64,000 nucleotides of DNA from contig NW_003314265.1 in the NCBI RefSeq assembly GCF_000143415.4, positions 3,654,443 to 3,718,442 of the forward strand. Direction: 5' to 3'. Below the pieces are notes generated by a model, which was not told where the DNA came from, ran no database searches, and worked only from the letters and a program-made list of their open reading frames with translations. The position numbers and the translations under genes were made by a program. This DNA is from Selaginella moellendorffii (lineage: Eukaryota > Plantae > Lycopodiophyta). This document shows, in pieces, positions 38,547-48,259 of the stretch (positions are counted from its first letter, which is position 1; every line of letters begins with the position of its first letter).

Positions 38547-38619
38547 GGACAAAGGAAACACGCTCGACCCTCTATCTAATTTTACAGCCCTCCCACTTGA
38601 CTTTCTCAAAGCGGGATTA

Positions 38620-39758
38620 TTACTTCTTTATCACCTGTTGCTTTGCCTGGTCTCGTAGATCACGGATCTTCTCCTGGAGACGCAGCTTCTGGGCTTGGAG
38701 CTTCTGGATCTCATGCTGCAGCGACAGCCTTTTTATTCCACAAGAATGCAATCCCAAAGCTTGATCTGACCTTGTACTTCTCCAGCTCCTCGTTCGCTTC
38801 TGCGAATGCCTCCCACACAGCTCCCTCGGACGAAGGGAAGTGGACTCTCTGGCTTTGAGATATGAGCAAGGCTCGCGCACCGGCGCTGCTCAGCTGCTGC
38901 TCGAACGCGTCCATCTCTTCCTTGGGCCGCAAGAGGCACAGATAGACGGGCCACGCGAATCGCGTCCAAAAGGGGAAGAAGACGAGGCAGACCTGCGAGA
39001 CGGTCAAGAGGCATCTGCCAGAAACAATACGGCTCACGCTCGTCAGATACGAGAAGACGTATATCACGGCGATGGCGATGACCAAGGCCAGATAGTCGAA
39101 GGTGTCCATGTACTCGGCAGCCAGCAATGGATCCTGCTGGCGTTGCAACCTCCACATGACAGCGGCGGCGAAGAGCCAATATGGAAGGTAGGCCGACAAT
39201 CTGACGATCTGCCAGTTCCTGTTGATTCTGCAGTAGTGTTTGCTATTGCCAGACAGTCAAATCCAACCAGTAAGCGTTAGGCCTAGTGTGAGAGTTTGAA
39301 GCTTTTGCTCACCCTCCATGCTCCACATTGAAGTTACTGAAGATGGCAGCGGTTGACATGCCCACCACCGGAAGGAGAGAGATGGCCGCAAAAGCGTAGT
39401 ACTCCCACCGCCATCTCTTGATGTTGTGGCTGAGCTCGTACATGCGGCGGAGCCGAAAGGCAGTGAGCATGAACCAGAAGCCGAAGCTGAATCCTTGCAG
39501 CCAAAACAGCCACAGCTTGCAACTCTGCAATGGCCCGACTCTGCTGAAGTGCTCATTGTTAACAAACACCGTTGCTATCCAAGCCAGCCCAGCCAGGGAG
39601 CTGGCGAGTATGAAGTAAACCCCACCCTGGGCATGAAAGTAGGAGCGCTGGCGATGGACAAACAGCACGCCATTCGCTATGGTGAAGGGTATTGCGGTGG
39701 CAATGCCAAAGCCCAGGAGGATATAATCTATATCAGAATCTGGGCGGCTGGTGACCAT
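38620..39758 (-). CDS. RGS1-like 7TM protein without RGS box, copy 3 (3 exons)
   Basis: Same exon structure, CKLWLFWLQG, CRINRNW, HFPSSEGAVWEAF, EIQKLQAQKLRLQEKIRDL. Confidence 0.82.
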
Positions 39759-40405
39759 CTCGAGTTGCAAGTGCCCCAGTGATTGGGCGAGCTCGATTGA
39801 TCGGTCTTGAATCCTTCAAGCTACAACCACTGATCAACACTTTGACTATTTGTTTTTCGTTCTTCTATAGGTAGCTCAATTGGCCGCACTAGACTTGTCC
39901 ATGTCATCAAAATCATGTAGATAAGGAATGCAATAGAGTTTGTTGTCCTTCTCCATGATTTTATTCTCTATCATATCTTTACTGTTCTTACTGTTGTGTT
40001 CCTGCTTGATTCGTTCGTTAAATTTGTTGCACGCTCGCTTGTTTTGTTTTTTTTCGGTTCTTGGTCCCCTTAAACACTAGAGCATCAAACAAATATGTAT
40101 ATATATTTAGAGATTATAAACAAGGGTATAATCTCTCTCTCTCTCTCTCTATTTGTGGTGCATTGATTATACCTTTAAGAATGAATAAACTATATTCAGT
40201 CCTAATTAAACAGTTTATATATTAGGATAAAGGGGAAAGTTTTACAAACCTTACAAAACTAACGACGAAATTATTATCATTTAGTTAAACTGTAAATTAC
40301 TACTATATATAAACACAGTTCATGTATGTTGCTCGGATGGGCTCCATTAATAAACCAAAACTGCAAAATCTTAGTTTTTCTCAGGAAATAAAGTAGAAAA
40401 AACTG

Positions 40406-41105
40406 AGTCAAAGTCTTGATCAGTGGTTATCTCGATTCATCAAGAATGGCTGCAAGCAATCAATCGATCATGGGGCACCAAGCATAAGATGGTTGGCAGC
40501 CCTCTAGATTCTGCTATCAATTACATCGTTCTGGGCTTTGGCAAGAAACGCTCTAGTAGATCTTTTGGGCTTCAAGCTTTCGGAAGCAACAGCCGTTTTT
40601 TCCCCAATAATGCATCCCAAACTTGATCTAAACTTGTATGTCTCCAGTTCCTCATTAGCTTCTGAGAACACCTCCCACACAGCTCCCACGGACAAAGGGA
40701 AGTGGACTCTCTGGCTTTAAGATATGAGCGAGCTCAGCTGCTGCTCGAACGCATCCATCTCTTCCTTGGGCCACAAGAGGTACACGTAGACCGGCCACCT
40801 GAGTCGGTTCCAGAAGTGGAAGAAAATGTGGAAGACCTGCGAAACCATCTGCCTGGCTCATGAGAAGATGTATATCATGGCCATGGCAATGTATAAGGCC
40901 AGATAGTCGAAGGTGTCCATGTACTCGGCAGCCAGCAATGGAACCTGCTGGTGTTGCAGCCTGCACATGAAGGCAATGCCAAGGAGCCAAGACGGGAAGT
41001 GGACCAAGAATCTGACGATCAGCCAGTATTGTATACTATAGCCAGACACTCAAATTCAACCAACAAGCGTTAGTCTGAGAGTCTGAAACAAGAAAAGCTT
41101 TTGCT
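40406..41105 (-). pseudogene. Rearranged pseudogene copy 4 of the 7TM family
   Basis: The 3' half on - (40545-41105; PLLAAEYMDTFDYLAL, GAVWEVFSEANEELETYK) carries deletions. The 5' end is on + (40406-40543; MVGSPLDSAINYIVLGFG). Confidence 0.85.
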
Positions 41106-41282
41106 TGTCGATGAACAACCACCGATCAAAACTTAAATGCTCAAGTCCTGGAGTTGAATTTCTCCTTCGTGGACTGAGGAAAACAAAGGAGCAGCCTCTG
41201 CGAATTACGGAACGAGTTGACTTTCCATTGTGTGCGGTGTTTTATCAGTCTATCTCGAGAACCTCTCGAGATGCATACCTGT

Positions 41283-43118
41283 ATGGATCCCATCACAGGA
41301 TTCCCAAGGTTCCTAACTCCAATTCTAGCGTCGCTAGCAGCCATCGTCCCAGTTGCCCGGGCACAGAATGTGGCAACGTCGTCAACAGCAGCGTGGTCGT
41401 CGCAGATTGTGGCATTCTGGGGAGCCGTGGGCATCGGTGTCAGGGCGAGCAATGCCCAGAGGCCCAGCAACCCGATCACGTCCACCATCGCATCACTCGC
41501 AATTCTCCAGCGTGCTTCCGCCGCAGCCTCTGCCATACAGAGTGGCAACTGGTACGTGTTCGCTCCCGGATACAATGGCGGCAAAACCAGGATAGACGTG
41601 CTTCTTCTAAGCTGGAGGACGCCAGCCCAGTTGCAGGCCTTGTGTGTGAAAGTGTCTACCTTGGCGGAGGTTCTCGCTCGCCAGCGATGGCTGATTCTTC
41701 TCGTTGGCAGACAAAAGCATGGGGATGACGATCATGGCGCTGCAGTGCTTTGGACAAGCTCGCCCAGATGCCCAGAGTACTCGACTGTCAGGTACGCAGA
41801 CACGGATGGCATGTACTCGCCGCTGCCCGGTGAAACCATCCAGGCGCTCCTGGAATACACCGCTAGCTGCGATGCCAACAACATCGAGTTTGATACCAAT
41901 GGTGTCACCACGCTCATCTGCAACGAGATCTTGCGCAGACCAACGCGCTCGATGTCCATGAACGAGTCCAGCAGCGACGTGCAACAAGATCCGGGAATGG
42001 GGCGCTACATCACGTCGTATCAGCTCGACGGGGTGGTGATGCCATACGTGACAATCGCGAAGTACGTAGGAGACAACACGGCGACTCGAGCGGCCTTGGT
42101 AGGATCCGCGGTGTGGATGTATTGCATCGTTCACGGCATGGTGTCCGTCGCAGTGGGGCTCATGGGGGCGGCGTCCGGGCGGGGGCTTGCGGTGTGGCTG
42201 TTCGCTCCCAGGATGGTCATGGCCAAGCTTGGAGCCGAGGGCATTGCAGGCGACGATGCGTTGCTATCTCTGCTAGGATTCGATGGCGTGAGCTGCGTTG
42301 TGACTGCCCACGGAGCCAACGTAGCCTCGATCGCGACTGACAAGATCATCTCGTGGGAGCCGTCGAAGCGGGCTCGCATGGCTTGCTTGAGCATAGCATT
42401 CAACATTGTCGAGCTCTTGCTCGTGGTGGGAGGCTGGCTCTATGGCGCGCTCAAGGTGGAGAAGCTTGCGCCGAGAGGACTCGTTGGCCATGGAATGCTG
42501 TGGCTGGCCACCGTGGTGAGCACCGGTCTCTCCTTGCGGACGCTCGTGAGCGTCCGGGAGAGGCTCAAAGGCAGGCTGATTGGGATCTTCGCCGAGGTTC
42601 ATCACACCAGGCTCGCCATCGCTAGAGATCACAAGATATCAAGCACGCCGAGCTCGCCATACCTCTCGCTGGTATCAAACATCCTCTCGAGAGCCGATCA
42701 CGACGTCCAGAGCATCGAAGCAGCTCTCACGCTCATGCGCCAGCCATTGTTTTGCTCCGAGCTTCAGGAGCATGCCGCGGTCGAGGAGCTCGGGTACGCG
42801 TATCAAGGTGACACCTTGGTTAAGGAATCCGGTAACAAGGTGGTGACCACAGCGAGCGCGTTTCCTTGGATCCGGGTGGCGCTGTGCGTTTGCATCACCA
42901 TCCTGTGCTCCGCCTTTGGACCCGTCTATGCGTACATGGAAATGCCGAGGTGGAGCAAGATCGCGGCGGAGGTGATGCTTGCCGGGAGCGCTACTTGGTT
43001 TGCCACGCTGGCCAGAACGTCGAGGCTGGAGCCAAGCCATAGTACGCAGATATGCCACATGGTTGCTACCATGGTAGCCTCGGCCGTGTGGTACGTTGGA
43101 GTCAAAGACGTTGGCTAA
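41283..43118 (+). CDS. Uncharacterised intronless multi-pass membrane protein (about 611 aa)
   Basis: Long uninterrupted ORF, signal-peptide-like LTPILASLAAIVPVARA-Q, soluble N-terminal domain, then multiple hydrophobic helices. Family not recognised. Confidence 0.75.
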   Translation: MDPITGFPRFLTPILASLAAIVPVARAQNVATSSTAAWSSQIVAFWGAVGIGVRASNAQRPSNPITSTIASLAILQRASAAASAIQSGNWYVFAPGYNGGKTRIDVLLLSWRTPAQLQALCVKVSTLAEVLARQRWLILLVGRQKHGDDDHGAAVLWTSSPRCPEYSTVRYADTDGMYSPLPGETIQALLEYTASCDANNIEFDTNGVTTLICNEILRRPTRSMSMNESSSDVQQDPGMGRYITSYQLDGVVMPYVTIAKYVGDNTATRAALVGSAVWMYCIVHGMVSVAVGLMGAASGRGLAVWLFAPRMVMAKLGAEGIAGDDALLSLLGFDGVSCVVTAHGANVASIATDKIISWEPSKRARMACLSIAFNIVELLLVVGGWLYGALKVEKLAPRGLVGHGMLWLATVVSTGLSLRTLVSVRERLKGRLIGIFAEVHHTRLAIARDHKISSTPSSPYLSLVSNILSRADHDVQSIEAALTLMRQPLFCSELQEHAAVEELGYAYQGDTLVKESGNKVVTTASAFPWIRVALCVCITILCSAFGPVYAYMEMPRWSKIAAEVMLAGSATWFATLARTSRLEPSHSTQICHMVATMVASAVWYVGVKDVG

Positions 43119-43137
43119 GGTGGCGAGAAGCTTTCCA

Positions 43138-45291
43138 TTATGCTGGGACGAAGAAGCTCTTCTCGATGCTATCAGCCGCCACCCTCTCAGCGCTCTCCAA
43201 GTCGCCTGCTTTGGAGAGCATCTGGACGAGCAGCCGGGAGCTCTCCTCGCCGGGAGTGAATCCCCGTCGGAGCATCGCATTGTAGACCGCCAAGGCGAGC
43301 TTGTGATGCGAGCCTTCCTCCAGCAATCCCGAGAGAAGGCTAGCGAGCATCGTGTCGTCAGTGGGAAGGGACTGCTTCACCATGGACGCGTAGATTCTGA
43401 AAGCTTGGAAGGCCCTCTTTGCTCGGCAGAGCTCGTCGAAGACCAGCCTGTGAGTCTCTCCGTCGTAGCGAACGGCGTTCTTCTCGTCCAGCTTCGCGAA
43501 CAGCATGTAGGCCTCGTCGGCCTTGCCAGTCCGGCAGAGCTCCGAGAAGAGGATGCCGAAAGTTTTCCCGTCCAGCATCATCTTCTTCTCGATCATCACC
43601 CGGTAGAACTTCATGGCGATGACGACCCTGTGATCCTCGCACAGCCTGGCCACAAACCGGAAACACTGGCTTTCATCCAGATCCTTGCTGCTTCTCTCCA
43701 TCTGTCCAAACAAATCCGTTACTTGCTGCTTCTTCCCGGAGTCCCAGAGCTTCGCCACCAGCCGGAACAACTCGAGAGCATCCGGGGTGTGTCCATTCCA
43801 GACCATTTTCTCTGCAACGTCGTGACACTGCTCAAGCCTCACCGGCTCATCCAAGCTGGTGCTCAACGCCCCGAGTGTGGCGTTGAAAACTCTCGCATCG
43901 GTGCGACAGCGCTGTGCGACCATCCTCTTGTAGCTCCGGAAAGCTTCGTCAACCCGGCCCCTCTTGCCATACAAACCGATGACAGACGCATACGTCGCAG
44001 CAGTCCATGGATAGCCTTCAACCGACATGCGCGAGGCAAACTTAAGGCATTCGTCGAGATCGTCCTGCTGAGCAAAGCCTTCCACCATGATCACGTAGCT
44101 GATACCATTTCGAGCTTCCATCTTCTCAAACAGCTCCACCGTTTCCTCCATCCTCCCGGCCTTGGAAAGTCCGCAGAGAACAGCATTGTAGTGTGTGAGA
44201 TCTTTCTCACAACCGTAGAACTCCATTTGCGTTTCCAAAAACTCCACGGCCTCCTCCATCCTCCCGGCTTTGAAGAGGCCCACAATGACTCTCCGGCAAA
44301 CCTCCGGCGTCAGCCTTCCAAGCGTTTTCCACGCCGCCTCAGCGAACTGGAGCGCCTGGTCGATCTCACCACCTTCGATTGCTGCTTCCACTAAGAGCTC
44401 CATCATTCCTTCGTTCGGCTGGATTCGAGCACGCTCCACGTACTTGTAGATCAACAAACCTCGCCTGTAGTCCTTGGCAACTCTCACCAGGAACTTGATC
44501 AGAGCTTCATACGTGATGGCGTCGTGAGTGAAGTTGTACTGCTGGCCAGCGAACTTGAAGAAGGCGAAAGCTGAATCCGAGTCCTTCAACCGCCGCAGGA
44601 CAATGGCGACCAACGCATTCCCCACCATCCCATCCCATCTTTCCAGCACAACCTTCAAATCTGTGGCTGCTGTTCGCTTCTCAACGGCCTCTACACACTC
44701 CTCTACGATTGTTCTTCGCAGCTTGGACCAGTCGAGGAAGCACTTGGAAGGTTTCCAAAAGTCCGTAGCTCCAACTCTATCTTTCCTCACGTACTCAACC
44801 AGTGCTGAGGAGTCGTCGTCACTCAGCTCCGAATCAAAACCATCTTTTTCTTCCTCCTTTTCTTCTTCTCCATCGCTATCTTCGGAGTGCTGGTTCTGCA
44901 AAACGCTCAGGAACTCAAACTTTTGCTTCCCTTCTGGTTCTTCTTTTCTGTTGTATCTCTCCTCGATAGCTGCCAAGATGTTATCTTCCCCGTCCCAAGA
45001 GCATACCCTTCCCTCATCGCCGAAGGTCTTGCCATCACCCAGTGCCATCGAACCGGAGGAAAGCCGGATCCTTTCAAAGACACCCTGCTGATCCAAACCA
45101 TATTTCTCGTCGAGAGCTGCATTGATCCTGTCTTCACAATCGAAAAAATCTGCCTTATCATTCGGAGCAGTATCACCTGGAGCTGACGAGCACGGCCGAT
45201 TTAAAAAATGCCCACAACCCACAGCTTGGCTCGCTCGGCTGCTTGATAGAACATGATACTTTCTCAAGAGCCTGTACCTCAGTAGCCGCAT
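43138..45291 (-). CDS. P-class PPR protein, probably mitochondrial, intronless
   Basis: R/L-rich presequence from ATG 45291, AFAFFKFAGQQYNFTHD, 35-aa repeats such as YNAVLCGLSKAGRMEETVELFEKM. Confidence 0.9.
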   Translation of the reverse strand: MRLLRYRLLRKYHVLSSSRASQAVGCGHFLNRPCSSAPGDTAPNDKADFFDCEDRINAALDEKYGLDQQGVFERIRLSSGSMALGDGKTFGDEGRVCSWDGEDNILAAIEERYNRKEEPEGKQKFEFLSVLQNQHSEDSDGEEEKEEEKDGFDSELSDDDSSALVEYVRKDRVGATDFWKPSKCFLDWSKLRRTIVEECVEAVEKRTAATDLKVVLERWDGMVGNALVAIVLRRLKDSDSAFAFFKFAGQQYNFTHDAITYEALIKFLVRVAKDYRRGLLIYKYVERARIQPNEGMMELLVEAAIEGGEIDQALQFAEAAWKTLGRLTPEVCRRVIVGLFKAGRMEEAVEFLETQMEFYGCEKDLTHYNAVLCGLSKAGRMEETVELFEKMEARNGISYVIMVEGFAQQDDLDECLKFASRMSVEGYPWTAATYASVIGLYGKRGRVDEAFRSYKRMVAQRCRTDARVFNATLGALSTSLDEPVRLEQCHDVAEKMVWNGHTPDALELFRLVAKLWDSGKKQQVTDLFGQMERSSKDLDESQCFRFVARLCEDHRVVIAMKFYRVMIEKKMMLDGKTFGILFSELCRTGKADEAYMLFAKLDEKNAVRYDGETHRLVFDELCRAKRAFQAFRIYASMVKQSLPTDDTMLASLLSGLLEEGSHHKLALAVYNAMLRRGFTPGEESSRLLVQMLSKAGDLESAERVAADSIEKSFFVPA

Positions 45292-45427
45292 AAGCCCTAT
45301 GTCAAACAGTTCAATGACAAAAGAAGAAAAATTAAACATCGAAACTTCGTATCGGAGACTTTGTACCGGAGAAAGCTCACTCCAGTCCAGTCTTACAGTG
45401 TTCTTCGTAGCCCTCGTCCCAAGAAAC

Positions 45428-46678
45428 ATGTTGATGCCGCTCCTGCGAAATGGCATTCCAAAGCCGATTTCCAAGATCCGTGCTCGCTTCTCCACGGCAA
45501 GTTCAATCGGTAAGTTCAGAAAAGAAAGCGCTTGATAGTCTTACCAAATTTCCTTGCAGCCGGCAGGAAATCTTACAAGCTTTTCAGTCTGGGCGATTTC
45601 TCGCTATGCGAAGGGGCTACGCTGAGAGACGCAAAGCTCGCCTACAAAACTTATGGATCTCTTAACGCACAAGGAGACAATGCCATCGTTTACCCGACTT
45701 GGTTCTCAGGTAGGCACTGGGACAACGAATGGCTCATCGGTTCCGATATGGGACTTGACCCCTCCAAATACTTCATCATCGTTCCAAACATGCTTGGGAA
45801 TGGGCTCTCGACTTCTCCAAGCAACTCTGCGCCACCCTATGACAAAGCCAGATTCCCCAATGTAAGAAGCTCCTCACAAAGCAACACAGTACCTGTCCTG
45901 TCGTCCGTGTATGTAGGTGAGAGTGCAAGACAACGTCCGTGCCCAGCATAAACTCGTAACCGAGGAGTTCGGCATCCAAACGCTCAAGCTGGTACTGGGA
46001 TGGTCAATGGGAGCTGGCCAAACATTTCAATGGGCTGTCAGCTATCCGAAAATGGTCGAAAGGATTCTACCATTCTGCGGATCCGCTAGAACAAGTCCTC
46101 ACAACCAAGTAAGCTATAATAACTGGAACATTACCTTGGATGAATGAGCACAGGTATTCCTGGAAGGCGTCAAGGCAGCACTGGCGTCTGATGATGCATT
46201 CCAGAGCGGCTGGTATAATCAACTTCCCACGAAAGGCCTCAGAGCTGCCGCCCGAGTCTATGCTGGCTGGGGATTCTCGCAAGCTTTCTACTGGAACGAG
46301 ACTTGGCGAGAGCTGGGCTTTTCAAGCCTGGAAGATTTCTTGGTTGGATACTGGGAAGGCTTCTTCCTGGACGACAGAGATCCAAACAACTTGTTAGCAA
46401 TGCTGTGGACTTGGAAAAACGGGAACGTCGGACTCACCCCGGGATTCGATGGAAGCTTGGAACGAGCACTTGCTTCAATACAAGCGAAAGCGATTGTGAT
46501 GCCGGCTGAAAAGGATTTGTACTTCCCTCCTGAAGACGAAGAGTACGAGACCAGCTTCATGCCAAATGCAAAGCTTCGAATCATACCTGGAGTGTGGGGT
46601 CACTTCGCTGGCACCGGCCTCAACCCGGTTGACGCTAAGTTCATCGACGATGCAGTGAAAGAACTCCTGAACTCCTGA
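45428..46678 (+). CDS. Homoserine O-acetyltransferase (MetX)-like alpha/beta hydrolase, 4 exons, predicted organellar presequence
   Basis: LAYKTYGSLN, LDPSKYFII, GNGLSTSPSN, nucleophile elbow GWSMG, DLYFPPED, WGHFAG. Introns at about 45510-45559, 45862-45916 and 46109-46152. Confidence 0.88.
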
Positions 46679-46893
46679 ATATATAGTTCAATCCAAGCGG
46701 AGAAGAATAATCTGCTAGGAACCACATCAAGATGAAGTTGAGCAAAACTTACAAAACAAATCCGCGAATGAAAAAATTGTCTTTGATTTCATTCAAGTCA
46801 AGGAGCTACAACACAGCTCTCCTTGTCTGTCCTGCTCAAAAACTGAATCAGCGAAGTAGCAATGACGCAGCTTACCCACAAGACGACCGTCGG

Positions 46894-48211
46894 TTAGAGA
46901 AGTATACAGGCCGGGCACGTCCAGTGCGGAGGTAAGGTCTCGCCAGCGCTCATTCCCACACAGCTTAAGTGGTATTCTTTCTCGCACCAGCTGCAAATAC
47001 TTAGCTCGTTCCCCAGCACCGATATCTTGCATTCTTGGCAGCCTTCGTCCAGCCATCCAACAAGAGACGAGAAGGTCTGTGCCTCCTCTTGCTTCTCTTC
47101 CGGGATAGCTTCTCTGCGCCTTCGCTTCTTCGCATGGACACTTTGGTGCCCCCAGTATTGGCTCTTCGAGCCAAAGATCTTCCCGCAACCTTCACAAACG
47201 AATCGATCGTTTGCTTGCGGAGTTAAAGAGATCTCACCGTGATGGTCTTGCTCGTGGTTGCCGGCCGTGTCAAGCCTGCCGCAGCTTTGCTGGGCCTGAC
47301 AGTCAATGGAGTTTCGCGCAGCCTGCTCGTTTTGCTCCGCCACCTTAGCGGTATCGTCCTCCTGTTGCGTCTTCTCGGCGTCCCCGTTCTCTACATGGAA
47401 TGTTTCTTGCGTTTCGGGAATGTCGTCAAGCTTCTTTTGCTTGATAGGCGTGCGTTTTCTCTTCTTGTTGTTGTCAATCAGCTCCATTTCTTCTTCCGTG
47501 CCACTCTCGATGTCGACGAACTCGCCGGCCTCGCCATTTTGTTCTGATGCCTTCTCTCTTTCCACTGTATCCTCTGCTTTCCCAGTGCTGTCGAGAATCC
47601 CAGCAAGATCTATGTTATCCAGGTTGGAGATGAGATAGCTGGCCGCCGCCTTGAACGAAGGCCACGACCTTCCATCTGGGCTGAGAGAAAGCGCAAGAAC
47701 TAAAAATCAAACGAATCCTCAATGGAGCCGTTTCCAAGCGTTACCTCTTGTAGTCTCGAAACTCCAGATAGCATCGCTCCTCTCTCCATCGCAGCCGCAC
47801 AATCACTGTCCAGCCCTCGGGAAACCCTTTAGCCGCCACAAGCTTCTCCTGCCTAGAGGGCGAAATCCAAGTACCTTGCATCTCCAGGATGTGCTCACTC
47901 AGCGCCTCCGCCTCGTCCAGCGGCCGCCGATCCCTGCTCTCCCGCCACGACGCCTCGCTCTTGTTCATCACACACACCTCCGAAATATCCTCGCCGCGAT
48001 CCTCCGAGGAGTCGTCATCGCACATCGACTGAAACGTTTGCATCTTGGAGCTGGCGCTCTCGTCGAAGACGCTGCGATCGATCCGTGGCACCAGGAGATG
48101 GAACGGATCCTCGCGGTAGCCCTTGGCGAGGAGCAAGAGCTCGTCGTGGTCGAAGCCACGGAAATCCAGAGCTGGAATGTGGGGCGTGGCCAGGACCTCC
48201 TCGTCGGGCAT
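46894..48211 (-). CDS. MBD8-like methyl-CpG-binding-domain protein with C2H2 and PHD fingers (2 exons)
   Basis: VPRIDRSVFDESASSKMQTF, FPEGW...YKSPDGRSWPSFKAAASYL, CEGCGKIF...GHQSVH, C-terminal CQEC..CSWC...YHLSC...WTCPAC. Confidence 0.78.
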
Positions 48212-48259
48212 CTCATAAACCCTAAAACTATCCCTAGTGTACGGTAATTAGTGGTAATT

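Noticed and set aside
45450-45509. Alternative start ATG 45450 (MAFQSRF...) for the MetX-like gene
   Set aside because: It gives a phase-0 donor that does not match the available acceptors. ATG 45428 gives the correct phase.
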